Shown here: piece by piece, positions 36,545 through 48,755 of the stretch
Numbering within the stretch: the stretch's first letter is position 1
How the letters are laid out: each line of letters starts with the position of its first letter
From: Mustelus asterias
Lineage: Eukaryota
DNA: 64,000 nucleotides
Direction of reading: 5' to 3'
NCBI RefSeq assembly: GCF_964213995.1
Contig: NC_135802.1
Coordinates: forward strand, 142,476,001-142,540,000
The notes under the pieces: generated by a model
The model's database searches: none
Told to the model about the DNA's origin: nothing
The model's input: the letters and a program-made list of their open reading frames with translations, nothing else
Translations under genes and position numbers: made by a program

Positions 36545-38340
36545 AGGGGTTCTGAAATGCTTATTGCCCACGAGATTCTTACACATCGGTGCATGCCTGT
36601 GTCAACTGAATCTATTTGAGTGGAGTAATACCCCACCGGTCTTAATTTATCCCCATGCTGCTGAACCACTACAGCGGCTTGGATTCCGTCATTTTCTTGA
36701 CAGAAAATATGAAAAGGTTTAGTGCGATCCAGTAATTCCAGGGGCTCTTACCATAGCCTGTTTAAAATCTGCAAAAGCTTGTGCTTCCTTTTCTCCCCAC
36801 TCTATCTTTTCTTAGCTAGCCCTTCCTCCCTTTATCAAGTCCTGTAAGGGCTTTGCAAGCGCGGCATTATCCTCCTTGAAATTTCTACAGTAATTAAAAA
36901 GTCCCAGTACCTGTCTTACCCCTTTTACAGTGTAAGGTCTCTGCATACAAAGCATGGCTTTCTTCCAATCTGCGGTGATCTCTTTCCTACACCGGGATAT
37001 GACATGTCCCAAGCAAGTCACCTATTTCTGCCCCATTTGAGCCTTCTTTGGGTTCAACTTGAGCCCAGCTTCTTGAATCATCTGAATTACCCCATGGAGG
37101 GCGAGGCAATACGATATTGCCATAGTGCCACCGTGCCTTGGGTGGCACGGTGGCTCTGTAGTTAACACTGCTGCCTCACAGCTCCAGGGTCCCGGGTTCG
37201 ATTCCCGGATTGGGTCATTGTCTGTGTGCAGTTTGCACGTCCTCCCCGTGCCTGTGTGGGTTTCCTCCGGGTGCTCCAGTTTCCTCCCACAGTCCAAAGA
37301 TGCACAGGTTAGGTAGATTGGCCGTGCTAAATTACCCCTTAGTGTCCCGGGATGTGTAGGTTAGAGGGATTAGCGGGGTAAATAGGTGGGAATACGGGGA
37401 CAGGGCATGGGTGGGATTGTTGTCAGTGCAGACATGAAGGGCCAAATGGCCTCCTTCTGCACTGTAGGGATTCTATGATTTCTATGATACTAAACTATCA
37501 GAGGCTATCAAAATGCCATCTATATACTGGATAGTATATAGGATAGTTGTTTCTGCCCATTCCAAGGGATTAATTCTTTGAGCCATATCTTTGTGAAACA
37601 TGGCCAGACTATTGTGAAATCCATGTGGCAGTCAGGTCCAAGTGTATTGCTGGTTCCCGACTGTGAATGCAAACTTATACTGGTGCTCTTCCGCTATGGG
37701 AATCGACCAGAATCCGTTGGCTACGTCTACTGCAGTGAATATTGTCTGCTCTGGCCCTATAGTATTAAGTATACCAGATGGATAGGCCACTATTTGATGT
37801 TCTCGAGTCGCGTAGTGGTTTAAGGTAGTGTAATTGATCAACAGTCGATAGCTGCTGTCTGATTTTTTAACTGGCCAAATCGGTGAATTAGCCTCGAAGG
37901 AAGTTTCAATCACTATTCGTTTCTTTTCTAAGTCAGCAATGATGACTTTTACTGCCTTCATTGTTTCCGGCTTAGCTCGGTACTGTTTATGCAGGCGGAT
38001 GAACTTTCCTGGGTATCATTATCGCAGGAATAGCGAAATGCCCACAACCCTGTTTATGCGTGGTCCAAATTTGGGGCTGATGTAAGGCTAAATTTCCCCA
38101 TATTGTTCCACCCTCCCAATTTGGTTGAAGGGTTGCTATCCAGGAAATTGTACATCCCTTCTTCTGACCCCACCAGTTCCGCTTATAAGGTTTGCCCCAC
38201 ACTGTTGTGCCTTCCTTAGCATCGAATACAGCTCCCAACTATTCTAACAGATCTATTCCCAAGATACTTCCTTCACCCATTGAACACCCCAAAATCTGTA
38301 TTAGTTTCTCTTGACCCCAATTTCCAATGTAGTGGTACCT
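36545..38340 (-). pseudogene. pol: Endogenous retrovirus pol remnant (protease end, RT, connection/tether), loki/spuma-like
   Basis: ILGIDLL (protease); NSPIWPVKKSDSSYRL; DVANGFWSIPI; YKFAFT; YTWT*LPHGFHNS; QYIDGILI; GLKLNPKKAQ; LGLFNYCRNF; PFHIF..QQHGDKLRPVGYYS; stops and frameshifts; split by a SINE. Confidence 0.88.
37142..37488 (+). mobile_element. HE1 SINE inserted in ERV RT
   Basis: Full HE1 copy; RT reading resumes on both sides. Confidence 0.93.
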
Positions 38341-38477
38341 TAGTATCCCAAGATATGTAGGTTAGGGGGATTAGCAGGGTAAATATATGGGGTTATGGGG
38401 TAAACCTGGGTAAGAGTCGGTACATAACTGATGGGCCGAATGGCCTCCTTCTGCAGTGTAGGATTCTATGATTCCAT
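38340..38477 (+). mobile_element. HE1/CR1-type tail fragment
   Basis: gatgggccgaatggcctccttctgcagtgtaggattctatgatt. Confidence 0.8.
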
Positions 38478-38625
38478 GAATAATTTATACTGCATGAGAA
38501 TAGGGCACTGATTGCTGATTACCAGTTTCAGATTATCAGTCAGGTTCACAATGTGGCTCGCTTAGGCTCGCTAGAAGCTACATGTCCTCGTACACAAGGC
38601 TCTGTCCTTTGCAAAAAGCAACAAT

Positions 38626-38751
38626 GGCCGAGATTTTATGATCTTGCTCGGGCGAGGCTCGTAAAATCCCGCCCGAGGCCAACGGAGAATTCCGTTCTGT
38701 GAGCCTCGCCCGTCCCGATTCCGGGGCGGGAGTGCCAGTAAAATTCCAGCC
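38626..38751. mobile_element. PIF/Harbinger-like MITE (126 bp)
   Basis: TIRs ggccgagattttat / gtaaaattccagcc; perfect TSD AAT. Confidence 0.85.
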
Positions 38752-38801
38752 AATATGTTCAACAATATGTCCAGGCACTGTGCCTTTTTCAAATAAACCA
38801 G

Positions 38802-39088
38802 AAGCTTGGGGACCATAGTCCCCTGGTGCATTATCCATGGCAGTGCCTCAACCAATCAGAGTCAACTTGCTTTTATTTTTACTTTAAACGAAAGCTTGGG
38901 GGATTACTGTTCCCTGGTGCATTCTCCAATGGAATGCCTCGACCAATCAGGGTCCACTTGCCATTCAATCAATACCCTTTCCTCATGCAGTATAAATTGT
39001 TGTTGACTTTGAAATTTGGCATTTGTGCATCTGGCCTGGTGAATGCAAGATGAAAAACTTCAACAACATGTCTCTTTTTTTCAACAAT
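38802..39088 (+). mobile_element. Probable Penelope-type terminus family 3: duplicated CCAAT unit, TATA, degenerate hammerhead
   Basis: ~69-bp repeat at 38802-38870 and 38892-38960, each with ccaatcag; tataaa near 38991; ctggtga a tgcaaga t gaaa aact tc near 39036-39061. Confidence 0.5.
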
Positions 39089-40494
39089 GCTCAAAACCAC
39101 TTGAGCTGCTTATCGGCCTTGAAGATGCCAAGCAGCCTTGGCCTATTGCCCACCCCTCTTTAAAAATGCAAATACATTCTTTACCCTGGACAAACACTTG
39201 ATGGTGACTGCAAGGAGATAAATTTGTGATGTTATTAAAAAAGTTCTGTGCTCTTGTCAGATAAGATGCAATACGTTGCTGACTATTCTACTTATAGTAG
39301 TGTGCGTATTTTTTATAAACAGTTCTCCGTCCCAAAAATTGATGTCTTGTTTTTTTCAATGGCATTCAGTTTCTTCCAATCTTCACCTGATTTTTTATTA
39401 AAGCAGCCAACTCTTAATTTGTTTTAAACAATTTTGAATTCCGTGATGAATTCACATTTTAGCATTAAATTTCAGTCTTGTATTATTTATTGTGCTTAAT
39501 TAAAATGGCTGGATAATTCACTTTTTGGTGCAAAAGGCAGTTATAATCAGTGGCAGCTTCTGCTGTCTATTTTGTTGCACTTTGCCATGATTCCTACATC
39601 ACAGTTGTTATTCGGCTTTTAATCTAAACACTTTTCAAGCACTCCAGTTTAATGAGGCAAACAATAGTCTTTAATTCATTCAACAATTTCTTTCTTTATT
39701 TAACACTTCAGGTTCCAACTCAAACTTAAACAGTTGCAACTCAATAATTCTTTTACTGAACTTTAACTCTTAATTGCACATTAAATTTAACTCAACATTA
39801 ACTTTAATTATTTAACTGAAAATTGATACTACCGAGTTTAGGAGAAACCCTGGCCAAGAAATATGCTCGATGTAGAATCTATCTTCTTCTCTGTGGAAGA
39901 TTCCTTTGGGGCACGCTTCTTATGATGGTTAATCTCTATAGAGTTGTCGTCGGCAAACAAAGGACTGCAATGTTTTTTATCCACAAATTCTCCACTTGCT
40001 TCTAGAAGATTGTCTGTCATCCAGCCAACTGTGTAACCAGAAACCAATCACATGGCTCAAGCATCCAATGAAATTACTTGCGAATGACGCCACAACGCTT
40101 AGTTCAGACTGCATGTCCCACACATAACAGCAATAGAATTCGAGGCCACTATGTCTGTTCGAAGGTAAACAACTTCCCTTATTTAGTCAACACAGGAAGT
40201 AACTTTACGACCTGCATCTGGTTTTATTATAAGTTGACCAAAAATCCCAGCATGCTTAACTCTCAGCCAGGATAGCTATTTTAATGCCACTATTGCCATT
40301 ACTGTTGTTAAATCATTGTTATAGCCATTCTTTCTTCGTCTTCACAAATATTCAACAGTAGTTTATTTGCTGTAAAACACTCATTCATTTCAAAGAATCG
40401 TCACTCATTTAAAAAATGCACAAAAATATTGAAACTAAAGTCCAATAAAACATAAATATTCCCGTGTGTGCTCGTCCTATTTACACAGTTTTTA

Positions 40495-40845
40495 AAAATT
40501 CATTTAGGGGATGTGGGTGTCGTTGCCTGGGTCAGCATTTATTATCTATCCATAATTACCCTTGAACTGATTGGATTGCTAGGCCAGCCAATTCAGAAGG
40601 CATTTTAAGTGTCAACAGTTCCTATGGCTCTGGAGTCATATGTAGACCAGACAAGGATGGCAGATCTCCTTCTTGAAAGGAGATTAGTGAACCATCGATT
40701 TTTATGACAATCAACAATGGTTTCATTTACTATTGAATTTAAATTTCACTATCTGCCATGGTGGTATTTGAACCCAAGTCCCCAGAGCATTACCCCGAGT
40801 CTCTGGATTACTAGTCCAGTGACAGCACCACTACACCACCACTCC
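40495..40845 (-). mobile_element. tRNA-derived SINE, third family (CR1-like tail)
   Basis: Homologous to 42020-42315, 49958-50505 and 61733-62210; B box gggttcaaatacc. Confidence 0.75.
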
Positions 40846-42019
40846 CTTACTGTCAGTATAGTTACACTCAACTATTGAATCACTGTGCTCAAGAAAAAGA
40901 ATAACAGGATCTATTTTGGGGGAGAGGAATAAAGGGATCTAGGAGCACATATCCACCAATCAGTAAAAGATGTGCCAAAAGTTACCAAGGCCATTAAAAA
41001 AAAGTGAACCAAGCACTAGGCTTTATTTCTAGAGGGATAGAATTGAAAGTAGGGAAGTTATGCTAAACATTTATTAAAATTTGGTTTTAGAGTTCTGCAT
41101 GCCATTGTGGTCACCATATTATACAAGGGGTATATGGGTTTGCAGGAAAGATTTATAAGAGTTATACCAGAAATGTGTGGGCATACATATCTGGAAAGTA
41201 TGAACAGAAGCATAAACACTGGTATAGATTGGTTGGGTGAAGATCCAGTTCCTGTGTTGTATGTCCTGTATAATCCTGTGTAACATTAATCACTTCTACA
41301 AAAGTGATTCCACTATAGAATGTGGACAGGCACCCCACTTGCTGAGAATGCAGAAGCTTAATTGATCCTGATGATTGGGGTGTTTGCTTTAATCTGAGCT
41401 AATGTAGTTTTGGGTTTTTTTTGGGTTGTCCCCCCAGGGTTTCACAGTAGGATGTTGGGTGCCTGGAGCAGACAGATCGGCACCGATTAAAGGGCTCTTA
41501 AGCATACCTTTCATAAGATCCATGATATAAATACATTTCTTCAAGGCACAGTATCATCACAGTAGTTACCTCCAGCAGGATCTGTAAGTCCAAACACTTC
41601 TAAGACTTTCCAAACCCGTGACCTCAACCAGCCAGGGCAGCTTGATGCTTGAGAACACTGGCACATGGAAGTTCCTCCCCTCCCCCTCTCCGCATGCCAC
41701 ATGATATCCTGAGTTGAAACTCCATCATCATTTCTTCATCATCACTGGATGAAAATCCTGGAACTCCCTTCCTAACAGCACTGTGGATGTATCTAGACCA
41801 CATGGACTGCAGTGGTTCAAGAAGTCAGCTCACCACTATCTTCTCAAGGGCAATTAAGAATGGGTAATAAATGCTCACCTAGTCAGCAATGATGACACCC
41901 CATTAAAGAATAAAAAGAAACCCACAATCATTATAACGGGCCAACTAGACCCAAAACTCTGGACATTGTTCCTTAACACTCTTCACTTACCTGCCCTCCT
42001 TTACAATACTCCTTAAAAC

Positions 42020-42315
42020 AGTGGTATTATTGCTAGACTATTAATCCAGAAACTCAGCTAATATTCAGGGGAACCGAGTTTGAATCTAGAATTTAGAATC
42101 CACTGGTGACCATAAAACCATTGTCGATTGTCAGAAAAACCCACCTGGTTCTCTCATGTCCTTCAGGGAAAGAAATCTGCCATCCTTATCCAGTCTGGCC
42201 TACATGTGACTCCAGAGCCACAGCAATGTGGTTGACTCTTAACTACCCTCTGGCAAATATGGATGGGCAATAAATGCTGGCCATCCAGCGATGCCCATGT
42301 CCCCCAAATGAATAA
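42020..42315 (+). mobile_element. tRNA-derived SINE, third family
   Basis: gctagactattaatccagaaactcagctaat...gggaaagaaatctgccatcctta...gatgggcaataaatgctggcc. Confidence 0.8.
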
Positions 42316-42909
42316 GTTTTTAAAAATAGACAAATAAAAGGAAGGAAAACAAATAGAAGATAAGTTTAACAAATCTATTCAACATCATAATCTAATTAAC
42401 ATAATTTGTTCATTTTTGCTCATACTTTTCAACCTTAGAATAAATATGGATTAAAAAGTGAAGATTTGAATCTGATATCCTCTGTTGAGTCTAGTGGAGA
42501 GCTGGAATCATTAACTAAATCTATCACAATGATCTGGCCAGGAGCAAGATAATATAATTACAGCGTACTTGAATTGAAATGTTAAAATAGGAAAATTAAA
42601 TTGCCATAGCTATTATCATAAACTTGAGTTATTAATCTTTTGGAGACAACAGAAAGATTTTTTAATGTGGTTTAAGAATGGCAAGATGGGTGATTAATAT
42701 TCCTTTATTTAGTTTTACATCTTGAGGAGTGCCTCAGTACTATCAACGTTCCAGTATTTTCTCAAAGGAATAAAGGTGTACCGCCATGTTAAATGATGCC
42801 AATGCCTGCGTGGTCTCTGCACTGTGTGTTCATAAACTATACATTGACAAATGTATCTTTGCTGGACACAGCACACAAAATCCTATTTAACAATACTGGC
42901 TACTTATGA

Positions 42910-43420
42910 TATGATTTATTATTGTTACATGTATTATATACAGTGAAAAATATTGTTTCTTGCGTGCTATACAGACAAAACACACCGTACATAGAGAAGG
43001 AAAGGAGAGAGTGCAGAATGTAGTCTCACAGTCATAGCTAGGGTGTAGAGAAAGATCAACTTAATGCGAGTTAGGTCCATTCAAAAGTCTGACAGCAGCT
43101 GTTCTTGAGTCGGTTGGCACATGACCTCAGACTTTTGTATCTTTTTCCCGTTGGAAGAAGTAGTAGTAGTAGAGGCGGGTGCAATTTTATCTTTTAAAAA
43201 GCATTTAGATAGTTACATGGGTACGATGGATATAGAGGGATATGGGCCAAATGTGGGCAATTGGGATTAGCTTAGGGGTTTTAAAAAAAAAAGGGCGGCA
43301 TGGACAAGTTGGGCCAAAAGGCCTGTTTCCATGCTGTAAACCTCTATAACTCTAAGAAGGTAGAAGAGAGTATGTCTAGGCCACGGGGGGTCCTTGATTA
43401 TGCTGGCTGCTTTTCCGAGT
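42910..43420 (-). mobile_element. Rex1 LINE 3' fragment carrying a nested CR1 tail (43161-43353, +)
   Basis: Rex1 sequence resumes after the insert; TSD aagaag at 43155-43160 and 43354-43359. Confidence 0.85.
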
Positions 43421-43719
43421 CTTGCACCTTTGATGTGGTGAAAAGTCCCAAGGTACTTCACAGCTTTATGAGAGAGAATTTGACATGGAGCCATCGAATG
43501 AGATATTGGGCCAAGTGATCAAAAAGTTTGGTCTAGGAGGTGGGTCTTAATGGAAGGGATCGCGGTCGAGAGGTTCAGGGAAAGAATTCAAGAGCTTGGG
43601 ACCTAGGAAGCAGAAGAGACAGCCAGCGATGAAGGATGAAGAGTATGTGTGCGAGATAAGCTGCACTCTGCGTACCCGACTCACAGATAAAGTCTGATTA
43701 CATAGAATTACATCGCACA

Positions 43720-44030
43720 GAACTTTAAGCACAGGAACAGGTCAAAGAGTCTATGCTGGTGTTTATACTCTGCATGAGTCCCTCACCCCACCTCGACTGC
43801 AACTCAGTGAATCAATATATCCTTCCATACTCTCTCTCGTGCATCTATGCCATTTGCCTCATCCATGTGTTAGTGAGTTCCACATTTTCACCACCTCTCT
43901 GAGTGTAGACATTTCTCCTGAATTCTTAATTGGATTTATTAATGACTATCATATATTTACAGCTTCTGGTTTTGGACAGCCCCACTAGTGGCAGCATCTT
44001 CTCTACGGTTACCCTCTCAAACCTCTTCAT
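43720..44030 (-). mobile_element. Old CR1 3' fragment
   Basis: ccactagtgg, ctcagagaggtggtgaaaatgtggaactcact remnants. Confidence 0.6.
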
Positions 44031-46987
44031 GTTGAACATCCGCTTTGCAAAATGCACCTTTGCCTCATAAGGATAAATAGGAATGACGCACAACATCTAA
44101 CAGATGCAAGCTAGATTGGCATGTCGTAATTGCTGTATAATAAGATTTTACTTTTCTTCTTTAGTTAAAAACAAAACATGGTTTGTCACAGCCCTCACTA
44201 ATGAAAGACAACTGGAGTTGCGAGTTGAACTGCGAGCACAGATAGCCAGCCACTGAAGACAAATCCTAGTTAACATTCTGTTGCTATGGTGGCTTTCATC
44301 TGAAGCAATTTTTAAAAGAGTCTGTCTGGAGTTGCAAAGCGATACGATAACGAAAAGGTCACTGTGCCTTCATTGACTGTCTTCCATTATACACTTGAAG
44401 TGCCAGTCAGCATAAATGGGGAGAAAATAAATGATCAGCACCGATATTTTCTTGTGCATTAATAGCCCTAAAAAACAGCAGATAATTTGCAGGCAGTTGT
44501 GAAGTCTGTGCAATTTGAAGTGACTTCACCGCAAATCAAGACTTCGAGGGGAATGCATTTCCGACTGTCATTCCAGCCCTTACTTGAGGCCTGCTTACAA
44601 GCAAAGAATAATGGATGGAATCCGGAATGTTCTGATTGCAGCCAGGAAGGGAAAGTTAGAGGGGGTTGGTCACGACAAGCTAGACTCCCTCATGCTGCAC
44701 CCGCTCCCCGCTTCTCACCTTTGTTTATAGTGGGGTAGAACAGCTCAGTACGCTGCCCCACATCTTGCACATTAAAGTACAGCCTCTGTTGTTAAACCCG
44801 TCCTGCTTCTGAGGGATAGAATTTTTAAAAATTCATGATTGCAGGTATCTAAATAATAAACAGAATTAATTCTAGAATTTTTTTAAAAAGGCAATGGAAG
44901 ATTAATTGTGTGCACTTAGGAATCATTGACAGGTAAGAATAATCTTGCAGAGGGCTCATATTGCCTGTAAATGAGTGAATTCATTCTTCAACAGTAATGG
45001 CCACATAAATGATAATGATGTTTTTCTCTAACCCGTGCACAATACAGGCACCACAATGCAATGCAAGTTAGGCAATCAGTCATGTCCATAATGAATGAAG
45101 CCTGTCACTAACTGCAGGATTAAACACTCAGCGCATCTATAATATTAACAAGGTTAGTTGCTCAAGGCTAGTGAATCATAGGCCAAGATTTCCATTTCCC
45201 CACAGAGGTGCGAATTGGGTCATGGAATGCTGAATTTTGGGTTTTTTTTGCTTGGATAAAAAACTTCCCTCTGCCTTCCCCACCCCACACCATTTCCATG
45301 TGGCCTTTTCCTCAGAAAGGCCTTGTATGCAAAATACACACACACACCTCTTTGGGATCCCTATTGTGAGGACCATAGGAATATTGTATTTGCTCCCGCA
45401 CACTATTTCTGTGTGCTTGTCTCGGTTTTTTTAAGCCCTAAAGCAACAGACCACCTTTACCACTGGGCGAAGCCTGTTGAGAAGTCAAGGACATTTTTGA
45501 AAGGTGAATATAAAATACTTTCGCACCATCAAATGTCATTATTGCATGTTGTACTGTAATGTGGACATGTTTTAATGTAGTAATTCATCATAGGGCTCTA
45601 TTCCACACAGGGCAAGTTAACATTGGTGTGTTACAATGCATTAAAGTACATTTTCCATGGAGAAAGTGCCATAATGCATTTAGACATGTAGAAAAAGTGT
45701 GATCTCTCTTTATCATACTTGACACTGGGCTTTAAATGCATAGACAGCTCTGAATGTGAAAAGAGCATCCATTGATTTTGAAAGGTAGCAAAAATATTAA
45801 GCAGCTGCTACCTTCCATTTATTGACAAGAAAACTACTTTTTCTGTAGAGAAGGTGCCAACTGTTCTTTCAATTTCAGGCTTCTTGTTGAAAGTTAATGT
45901 TTTAATAGCTGTGGTTATTATGAATGCTTGGCCGAATTCCAAAAAAAACTAAAGGGGTACTCAGCTCTGTTGACAAAGTTGTTCAGGGGAATGACTGACA
46001 GTTTTATGATGTTGATTCAGAATGCATGGTTGTTTGTTTACCCAACTTAATGGCCACATAAGGAATGAACATTTTTTTCAGATCAAGTTTAGTTTTGCAG
46101 TATCAGTGACCGTCTTTGAATGAGATCTTTCATCTGTGTTCAAAATAATTGCAATTGCTATTGCATGGGTTTTTGAGAACTGTGCGTAGTGAATACTGAG
46201 TGGATTGCTATGACGGACACATGGTGGGTGTGGAGGTGACTTGGGTGGCATAAAGTATCTGAGGAGACATGGAGGTCGCATGGGGTGACTTGGGTGCTCT
46301 GATGGTATACAGGGTGGCATGAGAGATCTGTGATGACATGGAAGTGACATTGGATGGCATGGAGATTGGGGGCATGGAGGTGGCATGATGATCTGAGGTG
46401 GCATGGGGGTCGATGGATGTTTGAGGGGGTGAGGGATGAGTTTTAAAGGGTCTTTAAATAATGTTGGGAGCTGGGCCACAGTCTCTGAGAACTGTCTCTG
46501 CACTCACACTCCTCAAGTGCTCCATTGCAGCTTCCAAACGACATTGCAAGCCTGAAACCTGTGTGATAAATCAAAAATCCAGGGCAAAGTCACACATTGG
46601 ACGGGTATGCGTTTGTGGTGTGATGTAAGTCTGTCCATCCAGGAAAATCTGAACCATTGCAATTTAAATACACATCTAAATCACATACTTGAACTGGCTT
46701 CTCACCTTTTTAAAAAACTCAGTGATGAAGTTTAATCTTTTTTTAACAACCCAAGCCTTTAATGCATTTTCATTGAAAATAATCCTGTAATGAAGATCCT
46801 TACTGAAATGCTGCTGAAACTAAAATTGTCACAAGTTAACTGCATAATAGGTTGCAGGGTGGGGTCAAGATATCAAACAGAGCTAAGAACAAGCCTTAAC
46901 AAACTCCAAATTAAGCTACACCTTGCTGCAAACAAACTGGCCATTGCCACTGGCTGATATTCAAGTGAAAATAGGATTACAAGTATG

Positions 46988-47174
46988 GGGCAGAATTTTC
47001 TAGCCATTCATGCCAGCAGCGCACCCCTGCCTGCAGGTTTCCCGCCGGCGTAGGGTGACGTCAGTGGGTAGTCTCATTGACAGCGGCGGGACCAGAGAAA
47101 CCCGACGCTCGCAAACAACGCGCCATCTCCCGCCAGCAGGAAACATGTGACTGGGAGGCCAGAGAATGTTGCCT
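46988..47174. mobile_element. Harbinger-like MITE (medium family)
   Basis: TIRs gggcagaattttct / agagaatgttgcct; TSD ATG; related to 51121-51318, 55790-55926, 56871-57062. Confidence 0.72.
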
Positions 47175-47759
47175 ATGGAATGGGGATTGCACTGCTCAAT
47201 TTTCTGAGAGATATTTCAGGATACATCTTTTTTATCTTCAGTTTCTAAAGGGAATTTGATAAAGTACCTTGCAGATTAGTGCCGGAAAAAGATGAGAGAT
47301 CCAGGCATTGGGGAAGCAGCAGAAAATTGGATCAAGCCCTTTGCCATGCAGTGGGTGATGGAGGACACGCAAGACATGACTGAATCCAGAGATTGATGAC
47401 TAGCTTGAGTTCAGACTGAGACCTACTCAGCGACAGTATCATCAAGGACAGGTCATTCAATCCGTGTTGCCTTCTGGAAAAAAACATAGTGAAATAAAGC
47501 TGCAACCTTATCGAAAATGGATGGAACTGTAATTTCTTTCCCCTCACAACAGAAAAGCATTTCTAAAACTTTGATGGACCCGCACTTTTTAAAAACTTCA
47601 TTTCCAATTTTCTTGCGAGAAGAATAATATCATGTTCCGAAATGGTTCTCAGTCACTCTTGATTCAGGGAAGATTTTACGTTTGGCAATGAGCAAATGAG
47701 CTTAGGCAGATTCTTGAGCAAAAAATTCAAATGGAAAAACTGGCACAGTTTTGACAGCA

Positions 47760-48112
47760 ATTACACAGAATTGTTGCAGTGCAGAATGAAGTAATTTGGC
47801 CCATCATGTCTGCACTGGCTCTCTAAATGAGTAACTTATTTCATGTCAGTCTCCTGCCTCTTCCCCATACTCCTGCATATTCTTACTTTCCAGATAATTA
47901 TCCAATTCCCCCTTGAATGCTTTGTTTGAATCTGCCTCCACCACACTCTCAGGCAGTGCAGTCCTGACCCGAACTACTCGCTGTGTGAAAATGTTTTTCC
48001 TTGCATTGCTTTTGCTTCCCTTCCCAATCAACTTACATCTGTGCCCTCTGGATCTCAATCCTTCCACCAATGCGAACAGTTTCTCCCTATCTACCTATCA
48101 CGGCCCCTCATA
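47760..48112 (-). mobile_element. CR1 LINE 3' fragment
   Basis: ORF 47846..48070 RGHRCKLIG...FTQRVVRV..ALPESVVEA. Confidence 0.85.
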
Positions 48113-48174
48113 GTTTTGAGATTTGCACCTGTGCTGCAAATTGTATCCAAAGTAAAAACTCTACACTTTGTGAC

Positions 48175-48550
48175 CATAGAACTATCGAATTCCCACATTG
48201 CAGAAAAAGACCATCAGGCCCATCGAGTCTGTACTGGAAGAGCATCCCAGACCCTTCCCTCTGCCCTATCCCCGTAACCCCACACATTTACCATGGCCAA
48301 TCCACCGAGCCTAAACATGTTTGGACTGTGGGAGGAATGATGTGGACAGAGTGGCTTTTGCTACCAAATAAACCTGTTGGACTTTAACCTGGTGTTGTGA
48401 GACTTCTTACTGTGGGAAGAAACCAGAGTACCCAGAGGAAACTCATGCAGACACAGGGAGATTGTGCAAACTCCACACAGTCACCCAAGGCTGGAATCAA
48501 ACCCGGGTCCCTGGTACTGTGACGCAGCGGTGCTTGCCACTGTGCCGCCG
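48175..48550 (-). mobile_element. HE1 SINE interrupted by Penelope family-2 fragment (48337-48408)
   Basis: actgtgggagga/actgtgggaaga duplicated at 48325-48336 and 48409-48420. Confidence 0.82.
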
Positions 48551-48628
48551 TACAGCATTTTAGCATTTCACAGCACAGAAACAGACTATTCACCCCAACT
48601 GGTCTATGCCAATGTTTATGTTCCACCT

Positions 48629-48755
48629 GAGCGGGGTTTTACGGCCTCACTCGTCACGAAACCGTAAAATCCTGCCCAAGATCGATGGACCTTCCCATTG
48701 TCCGCCCCTTGCCCACTCCGATTCCCATGGCGGGAGGGGCAATAAAATTCCGGCC
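48629..48755. mobile_element. Harbinger-like MITE (short family)
   Basis: gagcggggttttac ... ataaaattccggcc; homologous to 38626-38751. Confidence 0.75.

Noticed and set aside
38802-39088. Promoter-like block as the 5' LTR of the adjacent ERV
   Set aside because: Points away from pol, no TG...CA ends, no PBS and no gag between
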